From Chloropicon primus (Eukaryota), in NCBI GenBank assembly GCA_023205875.1, contig CP060759.1, forward strand, positions 1,116,001 to 1,154,373: a stretch of 38,373 nt of DNA, written 5' to 3'. The stretch's first letter is position 1; each line of letters begins with the position of its first letter. This document shows positions 29,350-38,373 of this stretch, in pieces. The notes under the pieces are model-generated. The model had not been told where the DNA came from. It did not search any database and saw nothing but the letters and a program-made list of their open reading frames with translations. The position numbers were made by a program, and so were the translations under genes.

Positions 29350-30702
29350 ATGAGCACCAGGACGCGGCACGAGGACGAGGAGGGGGCCAGGAGCAAACGA
29401 CGGAAACAACAAACACGAAACAGGGACGCGGAGAAGGAGAAGGATGCCAAGAGGAGGAGGGCGACGGGAGGGGAAACGGGGAAGTGGAAGTGGAAGTGGA
29501 AGTGGAACCCGGGAGACCTCCAGAGACTCAGGGTGGACTTTCCTGGAATCCTGCCGAGGGAGGTGGACGGGACGCGGTACGAGGGGTACCTGAGCGTCAG
29601 AAGGAGGGCGTACTGGATATCCCTTTCGGGGATCCCGCCGCTGAAAGGGCAGGCGAAAGAGGGAACCACCGTCCGAGGACGCGAGGAGTCTACTCATTCC
29701 CCTGACGTGAGCGTACGGCTCTGCGAGGAACTGGAGCGCGTCTTGACCTCGACAAGAAAGAAGGAGGAGGTCTTCGAGAGGAGGCTAAGGGAGTCCAGGT
29801 CGCTGCACGGGTTCCTGGTCGAGGTGTCCACGATGGTGGAGAAGGCCGTGTGGAAGGAGACCAGCTCCACCCCGGCGGCTTCGGCCTCGGCGTCGATTCG
29901 GTTGGCGGAGGAGCTCAGGGAGATCGGGGCCTCTGGCGGCGTGGCCATGGAAGCCAAAGACCTTTCCTTCATTCAATTCAAGGTGAAGGACGTCCTGGGC
30001 AGGGACCACGCCATGGGCGCCAGGATATCGGCGGCCTACCCGAGGGAGGCGCCCAAGCTGTTCGCCAAGCTTCCCATTCCCTTGGTCCCCGACGGGAAGG
30101 ATGGGGGGGGAGGCGGGTGGCTCAAGGCCGCAGTCAGCACTTTTCAGAGGGTTGTCAGGGACCTCCACCCTTTCTGGAAGCTGATGTCCGGGCTCGAGAG
30201 GGCGGTGGTGCTGGAGGGGGCGGCCGGCGACGCCCACAGGAGAGTCGCAGTCTCGAGGAGCGTTTCGCTGCACGTAGAGTTCCCCGAGCCCCTCGCGCCG
30301 CTCCCCTTCACTCCATCCAACCCAGCCATCACGCTGCTGGGCCCCGCGGGGGAGGTGACGGGCCTGGAGACCAAGATCAGCGCCTTCTGGGCTGGGCACC
30401 CGAGCGGCACGCCGGAGACGGACCTCGTGGGCCTGCTGGAGTCCATGCTGGGGGCTCGCCTCCCTCTGTCGTCTGGCGCCGGGTCCGGCTCTCCAGAGGC
30501 GGACAAGCCGATCTGCGGCATCTGTTACTCTGACATCTTGGGAGGGATCTCTTGCGAGAACCCAAAGTGCGATTACCTGTTCCACAAGGAGTGCCTCCTC
30601 GAGTGGCTCCAGTCAGACCAGTCCTCGAGGCAGACTTTCAACACGTGGTTCGGGGTCTGCCCCTACTGCAGCGACCCAATCGTCTGTAAAACTGTTTTGT
30701 AA
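29350..30702 (+). CDS. FANCL: E3 ubiquitin ligase FANCL
   Basis: C-terminal RING CGICYS...CENPKCDYLFHKECLLEWL...SRQTFNTWFGVCPYCSDPI; FPGILP...YEGYL at the ELF domain; YPREAP in the RWD region. First ATG is at 29350. Confidence 0.92.
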   Translation: MSTRTRHEDEEGARSKRRKQQTRNRDAEKEKDAKRRRATGGETGKWKWKWKWNPGDLQRLRVDFPGILPREVDGTRYEGYLSVRRRAYWISLSGIPPLKGQAKEGTTVRGREESTHSPDVSVRLCEELERVLTSTRKKEEVFERRLRESRSLHGFLVEVSTMVEKAVWKETSSTPAASASASIRLAEELREIGASGGVAMEAKDLSFIQFKVKDVLGRDHAMGARISAAYPREAPKLFAKLPIPLVPDGKDGGGGGWLKAAVSTFQRVVRDLHPFWKLMSGLERAVVLEGAAGDAHRRVAVSRSVSLHVEFPEPLAPLPFTPSNPAITLLGPAGEVTGLETKISAFWAGHPSGTPETDLVGLLESMLGARLPLSSGAGSGSPEADKPICGICYSDILGGISCENPKCDYLFHKECLLEWLQSDQSSRQTFNTWFGVCPYCSDPIVCKTVL

Positions 30703-30713
30703 ATGATATACTA

Positions 30714-31273
30714 CTACACAATACGACGTGTGTGCGCGGCGCGTGTAATCATGTTCCTGAACTTGGGAAGCCTCTCGATCTGGCGCCACGACTCGAAGAA
30801 CGTGCTCAGGATGACGTGGTCCCTCCCGCCCGACCTGTGGAACCAATCGCTGCCCTCCAGCGTCCGGGACGTCGTCCGCAGGAACTCCTCGGGCGTCTTC
30901 CGGCACCAACCCCTGTGAGCCGCGTAGAAGTTCGCCGGGATCACGAAGAGGTCGGCCGTCTCCGGGTCGCGCGTCCGCCAGGGGTGGTCGACGAGCTGCT
31001 CGATCCAGAGCGCCTCGGCTCCCTTGGCGGCGTAACGGTCCTTGATCTCGCAGTGCGCGGTAAAGTCCTCGAGCACGTCCTCGTAGAGGAAGAAGCGCAC
31101 TGCAGGTTGGTCTTCCAACGTCGAGTCCCACTCAAGCCTCGCCCCCTCCCCTCTTCGCCATGGAAGTCCTCGGCGTGAAAGACCACCAGGAGCGCCGCCA
31201 AGAGCACGAGAGCCAAAACCGACGCGGCTGCGATCCGCCTCCTCCTCCCCCGGACCCAGCCACCGCTCCTCAT
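30714..31273 (-). pseudogene. Frameshifted, 3'-truncated exostosin-family (GT47) glycosyltransferase
   Basis: The ATG at 31273 gives a type II anchor (RRRRIAAASVLALVLLAALLVVF) in one frame. GT47 motifs (RFFLYE, HPWRTRDPETADLFVIP, WFHRSGGRDHVIL) are in another frame, and the ORF stops at 30714 without the C-terminal catalytic half. Confidence 0.8.
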
Positions 31274-31630
31274 CTCCTCTCCTCGAGTTAGCCCAGCGCC
31301 CACCGTCCAGCGTTACGTTCTTGTCCTCGTCCTCGTCCTCGTCCTCGTCCTCCTACCCCCCTCGCCCTCCGCCTTCCTCTTCCTCTTCCTCTTCGTCGGC
31401 CAGCAGCCAGCCAGAGGGGGCATTGGATCTCACTCTCATTCTCAATTCTCGTCGCTCCACGGGCGCCCCGCTGGTAACGCCCGGCGGCAGCGAGGGAGAG
31501 GAGGGGAGAGGGAGAGGGAGAGGAGAGGGAGAGGAGAGGGAGAGGGAGCGAAAGGAACGCCCGGGGGAGAACTTGGAGAGACGTGGGTCGTGGCATCGCG
31601 CGGGAACGAACGAGACGAGACAAGGGGAGG

Positions 31631-32782
31631 ATGGGGCTTAATTGCATGGGGCTCCTTTGCCTCGACAGGTTGCCTCGTGCGAGGAGCAGAGAGGAGTGGA
31701 AGTATGTCGCCCAGGTCTCGTTCTGGCTGTCCACCTGGTACGTGTGCTCCCTGGTAAACCTCCTCATGGTGAAGACGCTGCTTTCCGAGAAGGGGTGCAC
31801 CCCCGTCGGAATAGGGCTGGTGCAGATGAAGGTGACGGCCTTGTTTGGGGCCATCAAGGTCCTTGGCCCCGAAGCGAGGAGGATCAAGCTGTGGAAGAAC
31901 GCGAGAATCAAGCGAAAGAGGTCCAGTTACCCCATTGGGGACGAGGAGAGTCCCCGGGGAAGGACGGAAGAGGAGCGCAGCGATTGGCTGGAGGGGGACC
32001 AGTCTGACCAGCAGCTCAACTCCTCCGTGGGGAAGTTGATGCGGAAGCCTCAATTTTGGAATTACATGGTTCTTCTTGGGGCTCTCCGAGTCAGCACGGT
32101 CGTCCTCGGGCTGGTCAGTCTCTCCTACGTGGCTGCGAGCTTCACGGAGACGATCAAAGCCTCGGCCCCTTTGGTGACCGTGCTGTTCGCTTGGCTGATT
32201 CTGGGCGAGCGGACCTCCCTTCCCGTGTTCCTGTCTCTCTTTCCCGTGATGGGCGGGCTCATCTTGTGCGCCTCGAGCGAGATAAGCTTCCACATGGTGG
32301 GCTTCCTTGCGGCGCTCTTGAACAACTTTTTGGATTGCATCCAGAACATCTTCTCGAAGAAGATGATGGAATCGCTCGTGACTCCGGTGCAACTTCAGTT
32401 CTTCACCTCCGTTGCGGGGTCGTTCTTCCAGCTGCCAGTGATGCTGTGGCAACTCAAGAGATCCGCGAGCTTGGAAGCGACAGCGGAAGCAAAACCTGCT
32501 GGCTGGGAGGTGTCGGCTTACGTGCTCATTTGCGCGGTGTTCTTCCACATGCAGTCCGTGTCGGCGTACTGCACGATGGCCCTCGTGTCCCCCGTCACGC
32601 AGAGCGTCGCAAACACATTGAAGCGCACGCTCATGATCTTCATCAGCATCCTGTACTTTGGCAACGCGGTGGTTGCCTCGAGCGTGGGCGGCATCCTCAT
32701 GGTCATCAGCGGGGTCGCACTGTACAACTATTTCCGCATCCTTGACACACCGCCGAGAACCGCGCCCCGGCAGGAAGCTTGA
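31631..32782 (+). CDS. Nucleotide-sugar / triose-phosphate transporter family protein (SLC35E-like)
   Basis: Multiple TM helices; VSLSYVAASFTETIKASAPLVTVLFAWLILGE, LDCIQNIFSKK, VSPVTQSVANTLKR. First ATG at 31631. Confidence 0.92.
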   Translation: MGLNCMGLLCLDRLPRARSREEWKYVAQVSFWLSTWYVCSLVNLLMVKTLLSEKGCTPVGIGLVQMKVTALFGAIKVLGPEARRIKLWKNARIKRKRSSYPIGDEESPRGRTEEERSDWLEGDQSDQQLNSSVGKLMRKPQFWNYMVLLGALRVSTVVLGLVSLSYVAASFTETIKASAPLVTVLFAWLILGERTSLPVFLSLFPVMGGLILCASSEISFHMVGFLAALLNNFLDCIQNIFSKKMMESLVTPVQLQFFTSVAGSFFQLPVMLWQLKRSASLEATAEAKPAGWEVSAYVLICAVFFHMQSVSAYCTMALVSPVTQSVANTLKRTLMIFISILYFGNAVVASSVGGILMVISGVALYNYFRILDTPPRTAPRQEA

Positions 32783-32981
32783 TTGTTTTGTTTTGAAATA
32801 CGACGTGTACTACAGAATAGAAGCAGGTCTTAACACCTCCGTCCCTCTTTGGACACCCAAACCAAACGATGTCATCTCCTACCTGGGGCGAGCGAAGGTA
32901 AAACCAAACGGCTGAAGGCGACGGGAGCGCTTTGGCTTGATTCGATAGTGACGTGACGTTGACGGCATCGCACAAGCAGGG

Positions 32982-34046
32982 ATGTGAGGGGTTAGGAAGG
33001 ATTTTAGGGTGGTTTCGGAAAGGTTGCTTTGGGTTTTGATTTCATGCATGTGCCTGTCTTTGCTGTACAGCTATTGGGGGTTCGCTTCCTTTAGCGGCAA
33101 GGAGGGCGGGCCACGTGCGTTGCAGGCTGGTCCCTCCGAAACCGCGGTGAAAGGCTACGCGAATAGGGAGGTTGTGGTTCTGGCGTCGCACGGGCGTTCT
33201 GGATCGACGGTGGCGGAGTCGTTGTTCTTTCGCTCGGTCGAAGGGTTCGTGTACTTTGATGAGCCACTCTGGCCCTTCAAGAACGCGACGGGAACTCCCG
33301 TCGAGAAAACGGATAATATCATGGCTATGTTGTTCGATTGCGAGGCGTACGAGACCATGGCGAAGTCAGACATCCCCCCCAAGGTGGCCTCGGACTGGTT
33401 CCTCATCAGAATGTTCATAGAGGGTCTGTCGAGCTGGCTTCACCTTCCCAACGACCTCAAGTCGGCAAGGCCCGCGGAGATCCTTGGGGCGTTTGATAGT
33501 GCTTGCCGGCATGCTCCCATTGTTGGCACCAAGGTCATTAGAATGGAGACGGCGATGAAATATGCTCTGGATCGGTACGAGAACCTGCGCATTATCCACC
33601 TCATCCGCCACCCGCACGAGGTGCATGAAAGCCAGAACAAAATTAAGCACCTTCTCCAATGGAGTTGGTACCCGGGATTGCACGAGCTTTGTGCGGAGAT
33701 TAAGACGAACCTCGATGCGATTATGGGTGATGGAGATGCTAATCAATACGAGGGACGATACCTCGTGGTGCGATACCAGGACCTTGTGACCGACACTCTC
33801 AATGTCATCCTTAAGGTTCACAATTTCATGGGGGTCAAGTCGGACAGGAATGCTTTGGAAAAATTAGTGAACGAGAACTTTGTGACAAACGACGAGGTTG
33901 CGGAACGAGAGAATAGGAAAGCATTCGGTACTAAACGCTCGAGAAGAGAGTGCGGCGCCTGCAGCAGCGCCGCCGAGGCTGCCATTGACGCAGAGCCAAC
34001 TTGCAGACATCTCGTTGACGAGATTGGGCTCCAGTGCTGCAATTAA
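32982..34046 (+). CDS. Golgi-type carbohydrate sulfotransferase; start uncertain (ATG 32982 is followed by in-frame TGA, next in-frame ATG 33048)
   Basis: 5'-PSB loop VVVLASHGRSGSTVAESLF, YFDEPLW, 3'-PB IIHLIRHP, YLVVRYQDLV, and an N-terminal hydrophobic anchor. Confidence 0.85.
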
Positions 34047-34303
34047 CTTAGCTGCCGCTTAGTGCCACTAAGTTAGGGCCTTACGTTGCTCGATATGTAT
34101 AATCTCCATATGTTTTCGACTGAGCTTAGCCTCGCACTTCCTGACGCGCCCGCCCCACCCCCCCCTTCTCGTGATCCTACCGTATCGCCCCACCAGAGTG
34201 GGATTGGAATGGAACGGCCCAAGCCCCCGCCTTTGAAGGAGCGAGGGCGAGCGTTACTCGTCGGCAGCCTGCCGACGAAGGGGGAAGACATACGTAGGTC
34301 TCG

Positions 34304-36595
34304 ATGAGACGTGCCACGATGCGCGGCACGAGGACGCGTAAGGTCTTGCTCGGTGCGTGCTTTCTTTGCGTGCTCTTGTCCTTGCCACTTGTTCTGTGGG
34401 GCGTTCACGGGGCCGGCAACGCGTTAGAGGAGCGGGGGAAGGGCAAGGGGAAGGGCAAGGGGAACAGCAACAACGGCGACGAGGAGTTCTGGCCGTCCCG
34501 GAGTCTTTGGACGGGGCCAGGCGTGGCGCTCAGTGCGCAGCCCGCCGTCGACGAGGAAGCCCGTGGTGGCGAAGGCAGTCGGCAACGTATCGCGTCGCGG
34601 AGTCCACAGAGGGGTGGTCTGGACATCTACTGGATCAACCTGGACGAGTCTGTGGGGAGAAGAGCAAGCATGGAAACCATGCTCAAGTCCGCTGCGGCGT
34701 CTTTTCCGACTGTCAGATCCACCCGAGTTACAGGCATTGATACGGAAGCAGTCAGAGACATGCTTCGGCGCGGGCGCGTCAAGCTGAAGGAAGGCCTTGC
34801 CGCCGCACCGTCGGGCGCCGAGGAGACCTGGAAGTTGAATTTCAGGAACGAGTACACCGAGGGTCAGTTTGCTTGCGCCTTGTCTCACCTGACAGCAATC
34901 AAGAGAGCGTACGACGACAATTCTGAGCTTGCCCTGATCCTCGAAGACGACGTTTCTGTACCGGCAAGCTTCCTGGAGACTTGGGAGTGGTACGCAGCTA
35001 TGGCTCCTCCGGACTGGACAATACTGCAGTGGTACACCAACAATCCCGTGGTGGCGAACGCGTCTTTCCATTACCAAGACCCTTGGATCAGCTGGATGCC
35101 TGGACACTGGGGAACTCAGGCGTACATGGTCAACCGGGACGGCATGGAGAGGATTTTGCGTGGGGTGCAGGGCGATGCTTCTGCTCATTGGTACTTTGGT
35201 GACGACATTGTGATTGCAGATGAGTTGCTCTACGCTCTTGGCGGGAAAGCTTACACTGCCACCAGAACGTTGGGCATTCAACACGACTACGCCGTGGCTT
35301 CGGTAGTACAGTCGAAAAACCCGGGCACCACCGCCAATTCCAAAAAAATGGCTTTGCTTCAAGTCTCAAACGTGAGCATGGCACGGATCACACCCAGAAA
35401 AGAGTGCATCCTTGTCCTTACCAATTTGCTCATGGAGACAGAAGAGCAGCTGAACGATAATATAGCGACGCTTGGGTCCGACATGCGAGCCCTTTCACAG
35501 TGGAACCCGTGCAGCAAGTGGAAGGTGAACTTTGTGGTGAGAACAAACCTGGAGACGGCCTTTGCTGAGAAGCTCCGGGGGCTGATGGAGCGAGGTGATC
35601 TGGAGCCCATGGTCCGATACACGAGCAGCTCTGCCAGGTTCAACAAGTACGCATTCATGAAGCCCCTGGTGCGGCAAATGGGAGAGTACGATTACGTTCT
35701 GATGAAAGACGCAGATCAGAGGATCGCTGGGTTTCCTTGGAACGCCTTTATGGAAAAGAAAGGAGGGTCCGTAATATCCGGGCCGCTGAGGGAGGCGGTT
35801 GGCGAGTCGCTCATGAATTGGATGAGACGGAAGGCTCCTGGTCGACAGTGGTACCAACTGCACGAGGCCAGGTACTGGAAATCGGCGGCAAATGCCACAG
35901 ACTTTGAGTCCGTTGAGCCGCTTGCCGCCGGGTACATCGAGCAGTATTTTGCTTTGCTAGATGGCGACTTTGCAGCACGGTTCTTTGAACTTGTTTTGAC
36001 CGATGAATTCCTGGATCAGACGCTCGATTGGGGACCGGATTTGATGTGGTGTGGCGCCGCTGCTGACATGCGCCCCGAGAAGCCCGATTGCTCGCTCGTT
36101 CCCGTCGTGTCGGAGCACTTGGACACAAGGACAATAGATATCGAGCGCACGAATTGCCCTTGCACGACATGTCCTTGCAAGGCGGCAGACCTGCCAAAAC
36201 GACGACCAAGAGGCCTTTCGAATGACAAGGCAGCTTTCTTGCACAATGTTTACCACGACGGCCCATTGTTCGAGCGGTGGATCCTTGCTTCTGAAGAGTA
36301 CAGAAATGAGGTTGCTCGTTATCGATTTGGCTACAGCAGGACGAAGCTTGAAAAAGCATTTGGCGTGGTCGTGAGCCTGGTTGGATGCGCTTTGCTCGGC
36401 CTGGTTGGTTTCGTTGGGATCCAGATGTTCCGACACCGGAAGAGGATGAAAGTCCTCCTCCCTCAAATGGTATCAGAGAGCCACGTCCAGAAAAAGCTGG
36501 CAAGGACCATGTTTGCCAAAGTCATCTTGGATGTACGGGACAAACCCCAAAAGGATGATGGGTTCGGCAGCAGTGGTGTCAAATGTCTGTGTTGA
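34304..36595 (+). CDS. Two-domain glycosyltransferase: GT25 domain plus DUF707-like GT-A domain, with N- and C-terminal TM helices
   Basis: GT25: IYWINLDESVGRR, ACALSHL, ALILEDDV, GTQAYMVNRDG. Second domain: YDYVLMKDAD, ISGP, YIEQYFALL, WGPDLMWC, HLDTRTI. TGTAA at ~36708 and ~36748. Confidence 0.8.
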   Translation: MRRATMRGTRTRKVLLGACFLCVLLSLPLVLWGVHGAGNALEERGKGKGKGKGNSNNGDEEFWPSRSLWTGPGVALSAQPAVDEEARGGEGSRQRIASRSPQRGGLDIYWINLDESVGRRASMETMLKSAAASFPTVRSTRVTGIDTEAVRDMLRRGRVKLKEGLAAAPSGAEETWKLNFRNEYTEGQFACALSHLTAIKRAYDDNSELALILEDDVSVPASFLETWEWYAAMAPPDWTILQWYTNNPVVANASFHYQDPWISWMPGHWGTQAYMVNRDGMERILRGVQGDASAHWYFGDDIVIADELLYALGGKAYTATRTLGIQHDYAVASVVQSKNPGTTANSKKMALLQVSNVSMARITPRKECILVLTNLLMETEEQLNDNIATLGSDMRALSQWNPCSKWKVNFVVRTNLETAFAEKLRGLMERGDLEPMVRYTSSSARFNKYAFMKPLVRQMGEYDYVLMKDADQRIAGFPWNAFMEKKGGSVISGPLREAVGESLMNWMRRKAPGRQWYQLHEARYWKSAANATDFESVEPLAAGYIEQYFALLDGDFAARFFELVLTDEFLDQTLDWGPDLMWCGAAADMRPEKPDCSLVPVVSEHLDTRTIDIERTNCPCTTCPCKAADLPKRRPRGLSNDKAAFLHNVYHDGPLFERWILASEEYRNEVARYRFGYSRTKLEKAFGVVVSLVGCALLGLVGFVGIQMFRHRKRMKVLLPQMVSESHVQKKLARTMFAKVILDVRDKPQKDDGFGSSGVKCLC

Positions 36596-37560
36596 GGACG
36601 GACGGAGGTAAAGCAGCATTTTCAGTGGGAGGACATAATACTTTGGGTGCTTGGGGGGATGATGCGGAAGGGAGGGCGAGGGACGTGTATGTGTTTGTTT
36701 TGTGTATTGTAATGCCTTTCTGTGGTTAGTTTTTAGGGATTTCTTTTTGTAATGCGATTGTGCTTTTCGTTTTGCTCGTGTGCATGAAAATGTTTTTGAC
36801 ACTTGGGGCGAAAGAAAGGACACCAGTGAGGTCCTGGCAGGAGGAGGCATTGTGGGCGGCAGAGGAAAACAAGGTGGTGTTGTGCGCGCATGGATTGGGC
36901 CTTATTTCATTCTGTCGTCCTTCCGATGATCGGGAGAGGCCAAGCTGTGGTGGGAAGTGGCCGGCGCACCCGTACCGTTGCCGGGGGGCGAGGGAGGAGA
37001 GGTGTTCTTGGGCGATTCAGGCGTGTGGGAGAGGAGAGAAGGCAAGTAGATGTGATTGTGGGTAGTTGTTCGTGGATTGGATCCTCTTGGTTTGGTAAAT
37101 GCTGACTTGATTGTGTAATGTAGGTGTGTATGATATGATTCTGTTGCTACTATTGTCCATTTGGGGGCCTACTTTTTGGTACGAATAGTGGAGTGACGGA
37201 TCCAGTTCGTGTCCGATGGCTGTAAAACTTTGTCAGAAGCGGCTTGTATTTTCGTTTCGGACATTCGTTGAATATGGTGTATCTTCCCGTCGTCCTTGAG
37301 CCTGTAGAGATCCATCTGTCGGACCACTAAAACCCAAACCACAGCCCTCCATGGATGATGATGATGTTGTGTGAATGGAGTCCGTGATGAAGAGACCTGT
37401 TCCGGGTGGAGTGCAATCTAGGGCACCTGAGAATAACGAGGTCCAATCGTAAACCTTACCCTGATCCACTCTTCTGCTGGAATCCGTCGTCTTATGCGAC
37501 CTGATTTAGGGCCGACTAAAACCCAGATCACACTTAAAACTTATACCAGAAAGAAAAAGT

Positions 37561-37862
37561 GCGGTGGCTGGAGGCACCACGGAAAGCTTGTATGATGCGG
37601 CGGTGTCTTTCACTTAGGCTTCTTTTGTTCTCCGGCTCCTTTCCTTGGCCAGGACTTCCTTCCTTCCTTCCTCGGGCAAACCCTACTCAAGGCACTTCGG
37701 ACCCACGAGAGGGCCTTTTAGGCGTTAGGTTTTAGGACTCCCAAGGCTTTAGGAAACGCGGTGACTCGGAGGCACCACGGCAAGCTTTGATGATGCAACG
37801 GTGTCTTTCTCCCAGGCTTCTGTTGTCCTCGGGCTCCTTTCCTTGGCCAGGTCGTCCTTCCT
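37561..37862 (+). repeat. Diverged subtelomeric direct repeat, two ~105-bp copies (37561-37664 and 37758-37862)
   Basis: Shared blocks gcggtg..ggaggcaccacgg.aagctt...atgatgc..cggtgtcttt...aggcttct...ggctcctttccttggccagg...ccttcct. Confidence 0.9.
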
Positions 37863-38373
37863 TAGGTTTGTAGGTTTGTAGGTTGTTAGGTTGTTAGGTT
37901 GTTAGGTTGTTAGGTTTTAGGTTTTTAGGTTTTAGGTTTTAGGGTTTTAGGTTTTAGGTTTTAGGTTTTAGGTTTTAGGTTTTAGGTTTTAGGTTTAGGT
38001 TTTAGGTTTTAGGTTTTAGGTTTTAGGTTTTAGGTTTTAGGTTTTAGGTTTTAGGTTTTAGGTTTTAGGTTTTAGGTTTTAGGTTTTAGGTTTTAGGTTT
38101 TAGGTTTTAGGTTTTAGGTTTTAGGTTTTAGGTTTTAGGTTTTAGGTTTTAGGTTTTAGGTTTTAGGTTTTTAGGTTTTAGGTTTTAGGTTTTTAGGTTT
38201 TAGGTTTTAGGTTTTAGGTTTTGGGTTTTAGGTTTTAGGTTTTAGGTTTTAGGTTTTAGGTTTTAGGTTTTAGGTTTTAGGTTTTAGGTTTTAGGTTTTA
38301 GGTTTTAGGTTTTAGGTTTTAGGGTTTAGGTTTTAGGTTTTAGGTTTTAGGTTTAGGTTTAGGTTTTAGGTTT
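37862..38373 (+). repeat. Telomere, (TTTTAGG)n with proximal variant units
   Basis: Roughly 65 TTTTAGG units run to the end of the window with the G-rich strand pointing outward, preceded by TTTGTAGG x2 and TTGTTAGG x4. Confidence 0.98.

Noticed and set aside
29479..29507. KWKWKWK motif in the FANCL N-terminus
   Set aside because: Product of a (GGAAGT)n microsatellite upstream of the conserved domain; no evidence of function.
32985..32987. TGA as selenocysteine in the sulfotransferase
   Set aside because: Position 2 of a cytosolic tail is not a redox site, and I could not identify a SECIS element downstream.
36596..37560. Short ORFs or a telomere-associated retroelement/helicase in the subtelomere
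   Set aside because: The ORFs are short, lack domain motifs, and show no reverse transcriptase, transposase or terminal repeat signatures.

Overview
Right-hand end of a compact, gene-dense, GC-rich eukaryotic nuclear chromosome, ending in a (TTTTAGG)n telomere at ~37862-38373. TGTAA poly(A) signals, few short GT-AG introns and plant-like protein sequences point to a chlorophyte green alga; a Chloropicon-like picoalga is a guess, not established. The proximal ~30 kb holds mostly housekeeping genes, largely in divergent/convergent pairs: gamma-COP, a plant-type C2/helical protein, a DA1-like LIM peptidase, NAA25, RPA70, a degenerate COQ7-like protein, an inositol 5-phosphatase, a repeat-containing secreted EExxH protein, head-to-head GRP94 and BiP (both ending DKEEL), HSBP1 and FANCL. 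The last ~6 kb of genes before the subtelomere form a candidate Golgi sulfated-glycan cluster. It comprises a frameshifted, truncated GT47 fragment, a nucleotide-sugar-type transporter, a sulfotransferase whose apparent start ATG is followed directly by an in-frame TGA, and a GT25 plus DUF707-like double glycosyltransferase. All family calls come from motifs recognised by eye; no searches were run.
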